From Rhynchobatus australiae (lineage: Eukaryota), in the NCBI GenBank assembly GCA_034780895.1, contig JAUZTB010000069.1, positions 5,916,830 through 5,980,829 of the forward strand: a stretch of DNA of 64,000 bases. The letters are read 5' to 3'. The notes beneath the pieces are model-generated. The model saw nothing but the letters and a program-made list of their open reading frames with translations. It ran no database searches and was not told the DNA's origin. The first letter of the stretch is position 1; every line of letters starts with the position of its first letter. Made by a program: the position numbers and the translations under genes. Positions 1 through 12,479 of the stretch are shown here, in pieces.

Positions 1-527
1 GCACCCTCTCTAAAGCTTCCACATCCTTTCTATAATGAGACGACCAGAACTGAACACAATACTCCAAGTGTGGTCTGCCCAGAGTTCTATCGAGCTGTAA
101 CATCACCTCGCAGCTCTTGAACTCAATACCCCCACTATCTTGACAACCCTATTGACCTGCATGGCAACCTTGATGGATCTGTGGACGTGGACCCCAAGAT
201 CCCTCTGTTCCTCCACACTGCTAGGAGTCCTGCCATTAACCTTGTAATTCTGCCTTTGGATTCGATCTCCCGAAGTGTATCACCTCACACTTATTCGGGT
301 TGAACACCATCTGCCTCTTCTCAGCCCAGCTCTGCATTCTATCAATATCCTGTTGTAATCCACAGCAACTTTCTACACTATCCACAACACCGCCAACCTT
401 TGTATCATCAGCAAACTTACTAACCCACCCTTCCACACCCTCATCCATGTCATTTATAAAAATCACAAAGAGCAGGGTCCCAGAACAGCTCCCTGTGGAA
501 CACCACTGGTCACCGACTTCCAGGCAG
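1..527 (-). mobile_element. CR1-clade LINE fragment (reverse transcriptase region)
   Basis: ORF 236..466 reads FINDMDEGVEGWVSKFADDTKVGGVVDS...WQ-like MVFNPNKCEVIHFGR, the typical CR1 RT FADD motif; it is preceded by a GVPQG-like motif and frameshifted. Confidence 0.93.
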
Positions 528-569
528 TGTTCCGTTGCTGAGGTGGGGTTAGGGTTGTGCTGGTCGGTT

Positions 570-1095
570 CAAGAAAGGCAAAAAGGGTGTTCTTGTATCT
601 GAAAAGCTGTTACTGTGGGTTTCCACAAGGCTCTGTAATCAGCCACTTGTGTTTTGTTAACAATTCAGAGTTAATTGTAGGGGGCATGGTAAAGACATTT
701 GCTGAGGTTACAAAAGTTGTCTGTGTGCTCAGCAGTGGGAAGGGAAGCTTTGGACTCTGAGGAGATGTGGGCGGTCAGGTCAGGTGGCCAGAGAAGTGGC
801 AAGTGGAATTTAATCCGGAGAAATGTGGGGAGAGGGAACAGGACGGGGGGGATATACAGTAAATGGAAAGGTGTGGAGGCCCAGAGCTGTAGATCTACAG
901 GGAGCAGGACAGGCTACTGATGTGGTTATAAAGGCATATCCATGAGACATCAAATGTCAGAGCAGGGAGGTCCTGCCACAAATGTATCCAACATGAGTTA
1001 GGCTACAGCTTGAGGACCATTTTTCGACCAGCACTGAACCAATGGGCTGAATGGCCCACTGTGTTCTATGGCTGAATTATTTCCATGATTCTATA
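570..1095 (+). mobile_element. Older, degenerate CR1-clade LINE fragment (RT region to 3' tail)
   Basis: Residual GFPQGSV, TFAEVTKV and WNL/FNPEKC-like motifs; ends in an aatgggctgaatggcc...ttctatg CR1-type tail. Confidence 0.75.
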
Positions 1096-1250
1096 GGAAA
1101 GGCAAACTTAATTGAAAGGAGTGTCAAAGGCTTGGTGAAATTCAGTATTGTGTTGCAATCCCCTTCCCAGCTTCCCCCTCGCCTCACTGCCTCCCACACT
1201 GGTTGTTGCTCCTTTAATGGTTAAGGTCCACAGGCTTTAATTACCTAAAC

Positions 1251-1338
1251 CCGGTTTCAACCTGAAATGTCCACAAACCCTTCCCCCCCCCACCCACAGA
1301 TGCTGCTCGACCCACTGAGTTCCTCCAGCAGATTGTGG
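1251..1338 (+). mobile_element. Penelope-like terminal repeat fragment
   Basis: acagatgctgctcgacccactgagttcctccagcagattg, shared with about a dozen other copies in the window. Confidence 0.7.
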
Positions 1339-1712
1339 CTTTAACTACCTCTTGGTCAGGACCCAGGCCATCCCCTCAATGATAGTTAAGATAAAATATG
1401 CACCAATTAATGACCACCGTAATGTGTTGGAGACGTGTGTTGGGACACACACAAGATGTGGACAGGAACACTAATGATTTTAGTTCACAGGTCTCTACAC
1501 CATTGCTCATCAAACAAAATAAATTAGCTTCAAACCTCTTCATTGGAGAGGGCAGTGCAGGCAATGGACAGCACAATGTTTGGATCATGCTCCGTTGTCG
1601 ATAAGCTGCTGTGATATTGTCCCTACCCTCCTGAGACCCTGGCTTGGCTCAGTATCCCAGACGTTGCTGGATTGTTTGGAATGTGAATCCGAGAGAGAAT
1701 AAATGTTCAGCT

Positions 1713-1882
1713 ACAAACAATCTGCTGGAGTAACTCAGCGTGTCAAGGAGTCTTGGTGAAGTGTTTTGACCCAAAACATTAATAGCTCCTTTCCCCTCAC
1801 AGATGCTGCTCGACCCGCTGAGTTCCTCCAGCAGATTGTTTGTTGCTCCAGACTCCAGCGTCTGCAGTCTCTGGTGTCTCCA
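1713..1882. mobile_element. Penelope-like terminal repeat, inverted pair
   Basis: acaaacaatctgctggagtaactcagcg is the reverse complement of the downstream cgctgagttcctccagcagattgtttgt. Confidence 0.75.
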
Positions 1883-2257
1883 GAGAATAAATGTTCATTG
1901 GCTCCAGTTGTTCCTTTGCTGATCTCACTGATAAATATTCCAGTTTCTTCTGACAAAACAATAAAACAAAACACAGGTCCAATCAACAAAGAACAACAAC
2001 TTCCTTCAAAATCTACAAGAGACAGAAACTTAAGTCTCTACAAGAGGAAGTCAGCTAAAAGTCCCACTGGCAGTGGAAACATCCAGCTGAAGGGAAAAGT
2101 GCGGCAGAAAAGTACGAGATGTACAAGCAGGAGAAGGTCATCCGGCCCCTTGAGCTTGTTCTGACGTTCGATAAGATGAGGGCTGGTCCTCGCCCACAAC
2201 CACATTCTCCCCCACCTTATTGATGTTCTTGCTGTTCCCTCAACTTGTCCTAAAAGT

Positions 2258-2641
2258 CTTCCATTTGCATGGCGCCTTTACAAAAGGCCCATGGGTCATT
2301 ACAAAGGTGTTTACAACCAATGATGCGCAAGTGTAGCCACTGCTGTATTATCCAAAACAAAGCAGCCATTGTGCACAGAAAGATCCCACAGACAGCGATG
2401 CAATATTGACCAGAACACATACATTACTGTTAAATATTGGCCAGGGTATCAGGGAGAATGTCCATGCTCTTCTTAAAAATGGTCCCATCTGAGGGAGCAG
2501 GGTGGGTCTGGTTTAACATCTCTTCTGAAAGACACTGTCTTAAGCGGTGCAACACTGCTCTGGACTTTAATGCTGAATGCCTTGAGTGAGACCTGCCCTG
2601 TTAAACACAGAGGTAAGAGAACGACCTACTGAGACACAGCA
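2258..2641 (-). mobile_element. DeuSINE (SacSINE1/AmnSINE-like) copy
   Basis: Contains gcagccattgtgcacagaaagatcccacagacagc, ttggccagggtatcagggagaa and ggtttaacatctcttctgaaagac, which I recognise as Deu-domain sequence. A tRNA-like head is at the right end. Confidence 0.7.
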
Positions 2642-3021
2642 AGTTCTTAAGAAAGGAACTGATTCTCTGACTGACATTTACTGATAAGGCAAGCAAAAGA
2701 ACTTTTGTCATTAATAACTATAACTAACNNNNNNNNNNNNNNNNNNNNNNCCTTGCAAACCTCAACAGAGTGGAGATTATGGTCAAACATGCCCAAGTTC
2801 ATAAAATCAGATCCCAGAGTTTAGGCTTGAGGTGCAGTGGTGTACCCATAAAGACTTGCTCTCAACGTGGTCCCAATGTACCAGCGGGGCGGGGGAGTGT
2901 ATTTTAATTAGTTCCAGCCAGGGGTGAGAGTGCACTAATGGGGCACACTGTGAAGAAAGTGGCTGACACAATTGGTACTCATTGGTTGAACTGGCAATAT
3001 GACTGTAGTGGGAAGGTAGGA

Positions 3022-3660
3022 CACAGAACAACACAGTGCAGGAACAGGCCCTTTGGCCCACGATGTCTGTGCCGAACCTGATGACAAATTAAATGAAATT
3101 TCTTCTGCCTGCACACGATTCATTCCCCCCTGCATATTCATGTGTCTATCTAAAAACCTCTTAAACAACACTAAACTTGCCTCACACATCACCCTTAAAC
3201 TTTACCCCTCTCACCTTTAATACATGCCCTCTAGTATTTGACATTTCTACCCAGGGAAAAGTTTCTGACTGTCTACTCTATCCATGCCTCTCATAATTTT
3301 ATAAACTTCTATCAGGTCTCCCCTCAGTCTCTGCCACTCCAGAGAAAACAACCCAAGTTTGCCCAACTGTTCCTTTTAGCTCACGCCCTCTAATCTGGGC
3401 AGCATCCTGGTGAACCTCTCCTTCACCCTCTCCAAACTTTCCACATCCTTCCTGTAATGGGGTGACCAGAATTGAATGCAATACTCCAAGTGCGGCCTAA
3501 CCAAAGTTTTATTCAGCTGCAATGAGACTTCCTGACTCTTATGCTCAGTGCCCCAACCAATGAAGGCAAGCGTGCCGTACACCACCTTTACCACCTCATC
3601 TACTTGCATGGCCATGTTCAGGAAGCGATGGACTTGGGCCCAGGATCCCTCTGTACTTCA
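3022..3660 (-). mobile_element. CR1/HER1-like LINE 3' fragment
   Basis: ORF 3376..3615 contains KTLVRPHLEYCIQFWSPHYRKDVESLERVKERFTRMLP, the CR1 ORF2 C-terminal motif. The 3' tail reads acagtgcaggaacaggccc on plus. Confidence 0.93.
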
Positions 3661-4779
3661 AATATTCAAGTTACTTTCGCCTCTAGTTTCAGGGTGGAAG
3701 GCGGGGTGGGGGCAGGTAAGGTGGTGGGGAGACACAGTCAGAGCGCTGATGCCTAATCAGTATGTATGGACCACTTTGCCTCCCTGACTGGATATGCACA
3801 AGGGCAGTCATCGAGTAAGGACAGTATCTGCCATCACAGTCAGAGAGCAGCTATTTACTCAGGTTCCCACCTGAACATCAACAGATTGGAAGAGGCTTCT
3901 CTCCTCATCACTCAAAAGAGTCAGCTCCCCAAATCTACATTCAAAATTATTCACAACCAAAAAATGGTCCAGATTTAATTTCTTCCAAAAACTTCACCTT
4001 TATTCAGTGAATAATGTTTTATAAAAAAAACCATTCCCACTTCTAATAGCTCCATTAGCCAAATTCATTAGCGGGTTTGCCAACTGATTTTTTTTTCTCT
4101 TGCATAGCTCGCTCATTAATAGCCTAAGTTACTCACGCAATAACCTGTTACATGATTTGAATGCTAATCATAATACAGGCCCAATTACATGAAATGATAC
4201 CTTCCATTATTCCTGGGCTGTAAACACAGGGTGATTTTACTCAGGTGTAATGGAGCTGTTGGAGTTTCAATGTTAATCTGTACATTTCCGGGTATTGATT
4301 GATTGCAAAAGACAGGGGTTGAAACACAGAGTAGTGAAGTGGCAGAAAGCAGAGATGTCACAAATCAGCGTAACTGAGGTGAGAGTTACACCTACCAGAA
4401 AAATGCATTCTTTGCAGATTTCTAAACAGCAGTTTCAATAACATATTCTGCAGATGAGCCTTTAGGACAATGACCATTCCTCACTTTCATCCATTGTGTT
4501 AGTCAGAGAGAGCAGCCGTCATAAAGGGTGGTTTAAAATTTGTCTGCAAACTAACTGCAGCCTTTTACCATCACGTGGACCCATTCTGCTTCACGGGAAG
4601 GTTTAACTATGAGTGATGGCCCTAGTACAATTTGCAAGACCAGAAATTCTTAGTAATATTTCACCATGAGTTCCTGATATGTGAGAGGAATTTTGTGAAG
4701 CAGACTAGGAACAAGAATTTACTGAACTACTTAGTGTCTAATGCCTCCCTTCCCAGATTCCTGCACTCTTTACCCCTGG

Positions 4780-5047
4780 GACACCATATGAGGAGCGTTT
4801 GATATCTCTCAACCTGTACTCGATGGAGTTCAGAAGGATGAGGGGGGATCTTGTTGCAATCTACCGGATACTGAAAGGCCTGGAGAGAGTGGACGTGGAG
4901 AGGATGTTTCCATCAGTGGGAGAGTCTGGGATCGAGGGCACAGCCTCAGAATGAAGGGTCGTCCCTTTAAAACTGAGATGAGGAGGAATTTCTTCAGCCA
5001 GAGGGTGATGAATCTGTGGAATTCATTGCCACAGAGGGCTGTGGAGG
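4780..5047 (+). mobile_element. CR1 LINE 3' fragment running into a gap
   Basis: ORF 4951 reads KGRPFKTEMRRNFFSQRVMNLWNSLPQRAVE, the canonical CR1 ORF2 end. Confidence 0.92.
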
Positions 5048-5259
5048 NNNNNNNNNNNNNNNNNNNNNNNNNNNNNNNNNNNNNNNNNNNNNNNNNNNNN
5101 NNNNNNNNNNNNNNNNNNNNNNNNNNNNNNNNNNNNNNNNNNNNNNNACAGTCTTTGCTCCTTTCTTTCATTGTTGTTTTATTATGGACTGCATTCCAAT
5201 CTCACACTCCTGTTTTGCCATTCATGCTCACTACCTTCCTTACAATGTGCTTTTCACCT

Positions 5260-5675
5260 TAATTCAGAGTCAATGGACTCTGTCTCCACTTCTTGCTACC
5301 TTGGTAAAGCTGCCAACATAATCAAAGACCCCACCCAGCCCAGACATTCTCTCTCTCCTTCCCCCTCCTGTTGGGCAGAAGATACAAAAGCCTGAAAGCA
5401 CATACCACCAGGCTCAAGGACAGTTTCCATCCCATGGTTATAAGACTAGTACAATAAGAGGGACTCTTGACCTCACAATCTACCTCATCATGGCCTTGCA
5501 CCTTATTGTCAACCTGCACTGCACTTTCTCTGTAACTATAACACTTTATTCTATATTCTGTTATTGTTTTACCTTGTACTATCTCAATGCACTGTTGTAA
5601 TGAAATGATCTGTACGGATGGCACGCAAAACAAGTTTTTCACTGCACCTTGGTACATGTGATAATAATAAACCAA
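5260..5675 (+). mobile_element. Rex1/Babar-like LINE 3' end
   Basis: Translates to KAANIIKDPTQPRHSL...GRRYKSLKAHTTRLKDSFHP (with frameshift); tail ends tttcactgcaccttggtacatgtgataataataaacc. Confidence 0.75.
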
Positions 5676-5677
5676 CT

Positions 5678-5950
5678 TACCACAAGTTCAAATCTCACCA
5701 CAGCAGCTGGGGAATTTAAATTCAGCGAATTAAATGAGAAAGAATTGGGAATAAAATGTTACTATCAGTAATGGTGACCATGAACCCACAGTTGCTGTAA
5801 AAATCCAGCTGGTTCAGTAGTGTTCTTGGTGCAGCCCATTGTACTGTACATGTGACACCACATCTGCAGCAGTGTGACTGACTCTTAACTGCTCTCTGAA
5901 ATAACCAAAGGAGCTTAGAGGGTGTTTGGAGATGAGCAAACATCCCACAA
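5678..5950 (+). mobile_element. tRNA-derived SINE (elasmobranch family)
   Basis: B-box-like gttcaaatctcacc followed by agtaatggtgaccatgaa...ctggttca...gactcttaactgc; reverse-strand relatives at ~18730-18990 and 25915-26140. Confidence 0.6.
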
Positions 5951-6093
5951 ACAAACAAAAAGAGCTGCTGGAGCTCTTTCAGTCTGACCCGAAATGTCGA
6001 CTGTCCATTTCCCTCCACAGATGCGGCCTGACCCACTGAGTTCCTCCAGCAGTTTGTTTGGCCCAGATCCTAGCATCTACAGTCTCTTGTGTC
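5951..6093 (+). mobile_element. Penelope-like terminal repeat with internally deleted hammerhead motif
   Basis: cagtc-tgaccc-gaaa-tg-tc-gactg at 5980-6003, followed by the family motif ccacagatgcggcctgacccactgagttcctccagcag. Confidence 0.75.
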
Positions 6094-6124
6094 AGTTTTG
6101 GAGGCGACACTGGCAGTTGTTTAC

Positions 6125-6415
6125 AAATACTAGGGGGCAAAGCTTTAAGGTGAGAGGGGGGAAAGTTTAAAGGAGACGTGCGGGGCAATTTTGGTTTACG
6201 CTGAGAGTGGTGGGAACGCACTGCTGGGGGTGGGTGGTGTAAGCAAATATGACAGTGGAGTTTAAAAAGCATTTAGACAGACACTTGAACAGGCAGGGAG
6301 GGAAGAGATACAGATCATGTGCAGGCAGATAGAATATTTAATTTGGCATCATTGTTAGCACAAACATTGTGGGCCGAAGGGCCTGTTCCTGTGCTGTACT
6401 GTTCCATGTTCATGG
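6125..6415 (+). mobile_element. CR1/HER1-like LINE 3' end
   Basis: actagggggcaaagctttaaggtgagaggg...gggccgaagggcctgttcctgtgctgtactgttc, the same tail as the 3022-3660 copy. Confidence 0.85.
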
Positions 6416-6429
6416 GATCTTTATGACAC

Positions 6430-7015
6430 TCCAAAGTCAGGGCATGCCAGTAATGATGTGGAGCTTAACAGAAGAGTAAAATCAACATGGATATAAACTG
6501 TGGAGGAAGGACGAGTGTGTAAAATACTGGAGTTAAGCAGAATGGGAACAAAGTGGTGATTGGAGGGCACAACTGTACAACTGCAGACAGTGGGATAAGT
6601 AAGTAAAATGGGATGCAAAACTAAGGGATGGGCAAGAGGTTTGAGGTTAGATGGGTCCCATTTCATAGCAGCTGAGGTGAGTGCTCAGTTCCAATCTCTG
6701 CAGTACTGGAAAGGTGCAGAGTTACTGGAATGAGACCAGAGGAGGCTGACAAGTGTGATTCCTGAAAGAAAGGCTGGTAATGAGGAGAGATTGTCGTGCT
6801 TGACAGACGTTGAGGGGAGGCTTGCTCACAGTTGTTGAAATTCTGTAGAACTAAATGAAAATTTTGGATGTGGAAATAGTTTTCAGTAATGCACATGGAA
6901 TTCAGGAAAGAGGAATTGTACTCTAACTGAAAGGTGATAGAATTGCTGAATGAATCAGTGTGTGTGGGATTGGTGAAACTAAATGCAAACTGTATTCTCA
7001 CCCAGTAAAACAAAC
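6430..7015 (-). mobile_element. Possible ancient Penelope-like RT coding fragment
   Basis: Minus-strand translation has weak resemblance to the PLE RT thumb region (TNPTHTDS vs YKPTDS; later PILLTYPT vs PLVLTFHP). Very degenerate. Confidence 0.3.
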
Positions 7016-7230
7016 CCTAGAATGAAAGGCAGGAATCTGGTCAGGCACTACGGAGGATTGCAGCAAAACTGAAAATTGCAAAGTCCCTGATCACATCAAT
7101 CACTGCATTTATATGCACAACAACCATACCTTGTTTGTTGGTTTAGNNNNNNNNNNNNNNNNNNNNNNNNNNNNNNNNNNNNNNCGTTCCCAGTCTACAG
7201 CTCTCACCTAACGTAGGGATGTTTTCCTTG

Positions 7231-7346
7231 GAAACACAGGGGACTGCAGATGCTGGAATCTGGAGCAAAAAAACTGTTTTCGGAACTCAGCAGGTCAGGC
7301 AGCATCTGTGGAGGGAATTGGACAATCAGTGTTTTGGGTTGAGACT
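7231..7346 (-). mobile_element. Penelope-like terminal repeat fragment
   Basis: gactgcagatgctggaatctggagc...ggaactcagcaggtcaggcagcatctgtggaggg. Confidence 0.75.
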
Positions 7347-8289
7347 GACTTGCCTTCCTTATGTGGCCAGGGCAAATCAGTACGTGTAAAAACTTGCTGT
7401 GTGAAGAGTATCACTTCCCAAGTGGTGTTACCAAGCTGCTACTGTTCAGAGGTTTATTTCACTATTGTATGACTAACATCACACAGAGAGGGTTGGCAGT
7501 GAGGTGGAGAAAACCAATTGAGGGCAGTTGCCCTGCAATGAGTGCCTCCGGTTTGACTTTACGTCAGTCCTGTGTTCACCAGCTGGCACAAGAGAGCCAC
7601 AGTCAGTGTATTGTTATTTTTTCCAAGAAGTGCGATTCATGATTCCATTTACTCCCTGCATTCCTTCAGAGTGCAGAAACCAGATGTAGTTTGGTTGGAG
7701 CCAAGTATCTCATGCCCCATTTGAAGTCTTTGACAAGCCACTAACATGGGGAGCCAGTGGAATGAACACTGACACCACCAGTGAGTATTGGAACCATTCG
7801 CCAGTTCTCCACATTGACACAATGAACCACCTTGGGTATTTGATGTTCCTCTCCTCCACTTATGCATGGGTGGGACCCAGTGATACCCAACAGAAACCCT
7901 CTATTTCCAATAGGTCCTGAACCGGACTGTTTCATGGAACCTTTTCAAAATTGTTGAATACACGTAGTTTTGGTCACTGTTAGTTTTATCCCCTCAGGGC
8001 ATTTCAGGGACATCTGAGACCAAACACAGACCTGGGTGATTTAGCAGCATCTTATACAACACACTGACCAGGAGCAGCTCAGAAACATTTTCTACTCCAT
8101 GTTGACCTTTGGGAAAATTGATGCAGAGCCACACTTTGTCCCTGGAAAATTGGGAATCCTGCTCTGTGATTCACTCCAGAATGAATGAGCTCATAGGTCA
8201 GGTAAAAAGAACCTACCAATAAGACCATGAATAAACAAGTCTTGCCACTGAGACCACCCTCGGTACTGCATACTGCCTTGGTCTCTTTA

Positions 8290-8770
8290 ACTGAGGGACA
8301 TACTTGCCTTTGAAGTAGCGGTGCAAAGGGTCACTGGAATATTCCTGGGATGAAAGAGTTGTTTTATAAGGAAAGGTTGCAGGGTAAAGGGTTTACAGCC
8401 TCTGGAGTTAATACAAACAAGAAATGGTCTCCTTGAAAAATGTGGGATTCGAATGTTGATGCTGTGGGGGGTGGTAGGAGGTGGGAGTTCCCCTGGTTGA
8501 GGGAGTCCAGAATTAAGGGGCATAATTTCAGGATAAAGGACTGGGCACTTAAGATTCCAAGGAGGGACTTCTTCTCAGAAGACTGCAGAGTTTAGAGTTG
8601 TGGATGCTGAGACTTTGAGTGTATTTGAAGCTGAGATGAAAAGATGTTTGGAGTTCAGGGGAATGGAGAGTTATGGAGGTTAGAAAGGGCACAGGAGGTA
8701 AAACCAACGATGAGAATGGAACTGAGTTATGGAGCAGACTCGAGGGCTGTACCTATTTGTTGTATTCTAC
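8290..8770 (+). mobile_element. Degenerate CR1 LINE 3' fragment
   Basis: gacatacttgcctttgaag...gtgcaaagggtcactggaatattcctgggatg...gagtccagaattaaggggcataatt...ttcttctcaga, the typical CR1 3' region. Confidence 0.75.
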
Positions 8771-10967
8771 TGAGCCTGAGCAAGAGAAAACAAACCTGCG
8801 CTTCATCAATCTTACTGTTTACTTCTTAAATCTACTTCAACTAATATTGCTAATGTAACATTTATTATTAAATGAGAATTAGCACATAGGGAAAAAAGGA
8901 TGCAGCAAGAAAAGGGGTTGGTAAATTGGCTTTTATAGCCCTTTAAAACAATAATGCCCCATATAAAGAATTTATATTGCATTCTTCTTAAAAGCAATTT
9001 GCTAACAGATCTTCAGTAAAATATTTAAATCCATCTTTTAGCTACGTCTGTAAGCAAAACTGAAATTATGTTGGCATATTGCAAAATACTTCAATTTTGC
9101 CCATTAAGGTGTTTATCAGCAAGCTGGGAAGTACATGATTGAGGAAAAGTGTGCCAGATTTTACTGCAATTGTAGCTTTAAAAATCCATAGAAGTACAAA
9201 TTGTATCAGTGCCACAGATTGACATATTTATGGAACAGTTTAGCTTTCTACGATGCATATACCAAGTTTACCTTTTTATAACTGCAACTGGTCCACATTT
9301 CACTGTGGCAAAATTCAAAAAGAAAACTCTCAAGGAAATTGTTTCTAAAGGTCGATCTGGAAAATGTTTGTCTTTAAAATTCAGGTTTATGATCATCCTC
9401 GAAGGATTATCCTGCTGAGGTGGGAGAAAGTTGGAGCAGGGTGATGGGGAAAAGACAATAAAAAGTAAAACAATCAGAACTCCTACAGCTATATAAAAAA
9501 TATTTAAAGACAGTATAAAAGCTTTTGCAGTTTTGTTATGCAGATGAGTCAAAATTTATTGAGAATGCTCCTGGTTATGTAGTTGGTCTTGCGATCCAGT
9601 GCCTTGCATTGATAATGCGTAGAGCTCAAATCCAATGGTCATTTCACTGTATCGCAGTACGTGACGATAATGAATCAATTACCATTTGCAGAATCAGAAT
9701 ACAAAGAGGGAAATGGAAGTGCAGGATTCTCTCATAATCCACATGCTTTAGGGGATTTTTAGGCTCTGCCATATCTGGCCCCAGGTTCCTATCGTTGTTC
9801 ATGAAGAGACATAGTGACAGTACAAAGGAAATGGCATGAGGCTCCTTTAACCCCATTCCTTGGGTCGTTGGCAACTCTCGTCACCCTGAGAATCAGTACC
9901 AAGATAGCTTATCATGTGGAAGGCAAAGCCTGGTGCTAACTCAGTCACAGTTAAACTGTGACTCAAACCATTAGTGCTCCAATAATCTGTGCCAGCAGAA
10001 ACAAGAAAGGGCACTTGTTTTGTGGGGTTCTATGCTCTTCATTTCAGTGATTAAGCCAAGCCTCTTGAACTTCACCCCTGCATAATTGGGAATCCTTATT
10101 CTGTAATTCATCCCAGAATGAATGAGGTCATAAATCAGATTAAAAGAAACTTTTAAAATTCAGTTTTAAAAGAAATGTCTATGTAAATATTGTGGCTTGA
10201 TACGTTACATGCCTTAGGAACAATGTACTTGCTGCATCAATTCACGGTTTCTCACTGTTCTATAATCAAGTGTCTTGGCGTGTGCCTTGGGTGTCCAGAT
10301 GTCCTCAATAGCAGTAAATGTGTCCACTCTTGAAGTGCTTCATGTTGGCAAAATTAAACCATAATCCCCCCCTCCCCCCAAAAGGAAATAGAGGAAGGTG
10401 GATGAGCAGCAGACATCTGAATCAGAGGTAAAGGTAGCAGCGGGCAGGGAGGGAGCAAGTCCAGGTACAGTAGGTTTTGCCAGAAGTGGGCAGGTTCTTT
10501 ATTCACTTACATTGGTGCTTCCAATCCCTTATTGACCCTTGAAGAGCTGAGAACCAACTGCACTAGAGGTGTCTGGAGTTTGCATCAGGATGGCAGGTTC
10601 CCCTGCCTGCAGACCATTAGTGGCAAGAATTCACACTCTCCAGCCACTGTGGTGGGCTTGACCTTGTGCTTCTGGAACAATGGCCCACCTCGACGACCAC
10701 AATGCCACCACACCCATGGGTGTCGGAGAGGAGGAACGTGTATAATGTGCATACCGACTTGGCTGATGGTAAAAAATAACCAGGTGCAGGGCAACAGGAA
10801 GGTCAGAAGTGCATCAGTGCAAGGAACATATGGAGCTAAAAGAGAGTAAATGAAAGCAGACTGAAGATCCAGGGAGATTACGACATAATTCTAAAGTTGC
10901 CAGGAGGGAGGCAGCAGGCCACAGAAGTTAAAGGACCATATTCCTGCCCAGGATCAGATACACAGAG

Positions 10968-11176
10968 CAAACAGAAACAGAAAGTGCTGGAAACACTCAG
11001 GCCAGGCAGCATCTGTGGAAGGAGAAACAATTAACATTTCAGGTGAGACCCTCCATCTGAACTAGGAAAGAGATCTGGCATATTTTTCTTTTCCCCAATT
11101 CTGTCAGAGTCCCAGACCAAAAATGTTACTTGCTTCTCCCTCCACTGATGCTGCCCGACCTGTTGAGTGTTTGTGT
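10968..11176. mobile_element. Penelope-like terminal repeat, inverted pair
   Basis: aaacactcaggccaggcagcatctgtggaaggagaa mirrored by ttctccctccactgatgctgcccgacctgttgagtgttt. Confidence 0.75.
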
Positions 11177-11555
11177 TTTCTTAAACATGGAGCAACGTTA
11201 GAGAAGTAGCTTTTTTTTCCTGAGGAAGAACCTGTGAACTGATTCCAGAGTGATGATAAAGGCCAATATAAGCACCCAGAGGAGGAAGGACGTGGCAAGA
11301 TCATGGAAATGAATCACAGCTCAACACCGAACTCGGTTGTACACCCGCAGGTTGATGACACTAGTTCACAGAAGGAGTGGGTATCTTGGTACTAAGGCAG
11401 GAATCAGGCAGCAGACTTCAATTTCACCAATATGAACTTGATACCAGTGAGATGATCCAAAGGGAGTTTGCACAATTCATTTGAGAACACCAAGCTTTTA
11501 ACTCATTTTGTGTAAGTGGTCACTGAATGCTGAAGAGATGTTTACAATGGTTGAA

Positions 11556-12448
11556 TTTATTAAACTATTCCAGGGAAATGGCTGATGTGGAAAAATCTTC
11601 AGTTTGTGGACTGAATGAGAGGCAAAAACACTACAAATGGAAAGTAAAACTGTCTGAATCAGCAGTTGTTCATGGAGGATCCTGTAAATATGAGCTTGCT
11701 TTAAATTTATGGTGCAAACTTGTTGATAAAGAATATTTCAACTAAAGCTATCAGTTTTTGGAAACTGCAGATTTTTTTTTATACATTTTTGCCAGAAAGA
11801 AAATGTTTTAAACATATTATACATTCCCATACTGTCCTGAAATGACAGACTGAAATAATACCAGCTATTTCTTACACAGTGCTTTGTCATTATATTATAG
11901 TTAGCAGGTACAATGCAGGAACATTTACAGGTCACAGTAAAAACTAATGTTTATTTCTTCCAGAGGTCATAAAAAATGTATTATTCAGCTGTTAAGAAAA
12001 AACTGTTAAACTACTTATCCAGTAATTGTACTTTTAAAAGAATCAGAAAAGGAAATTTCATGGTTTTGTCCCAACATGATTAACTTTCATCTTTGATCAA
12101 GTGACAAGCTACAACACCTGTGTGAAGTCACTTGTCAGACAGTGCAATTTATTGTATCCATAATCCTTAGGTGATTATATACGTGGACTCTCCCCATGAA
12201 TCAAAGCATAGGGAACCAAATTGAGCCACCTGCATTTTTTTCTCTGATATGGCTGCTTGTCAAGAGGAAGAATCGTGGAGGAAGCCTGCATCCCAAACAG
12301 GAAGCTACGAATCCTTTGAACACATGAGTAGCAAGAGATCTAAATGCCTCCAAGTTTAATCAGTTTCTTTTGCTTTGCTCTGTTCTTGGCAGCCTGGACA
12401 GTTACAACTTCATGGTCCTATCTCCCACCTGTAATACTGTGGGGTGGG

Positions 12449-12479
<31 letters not shown>

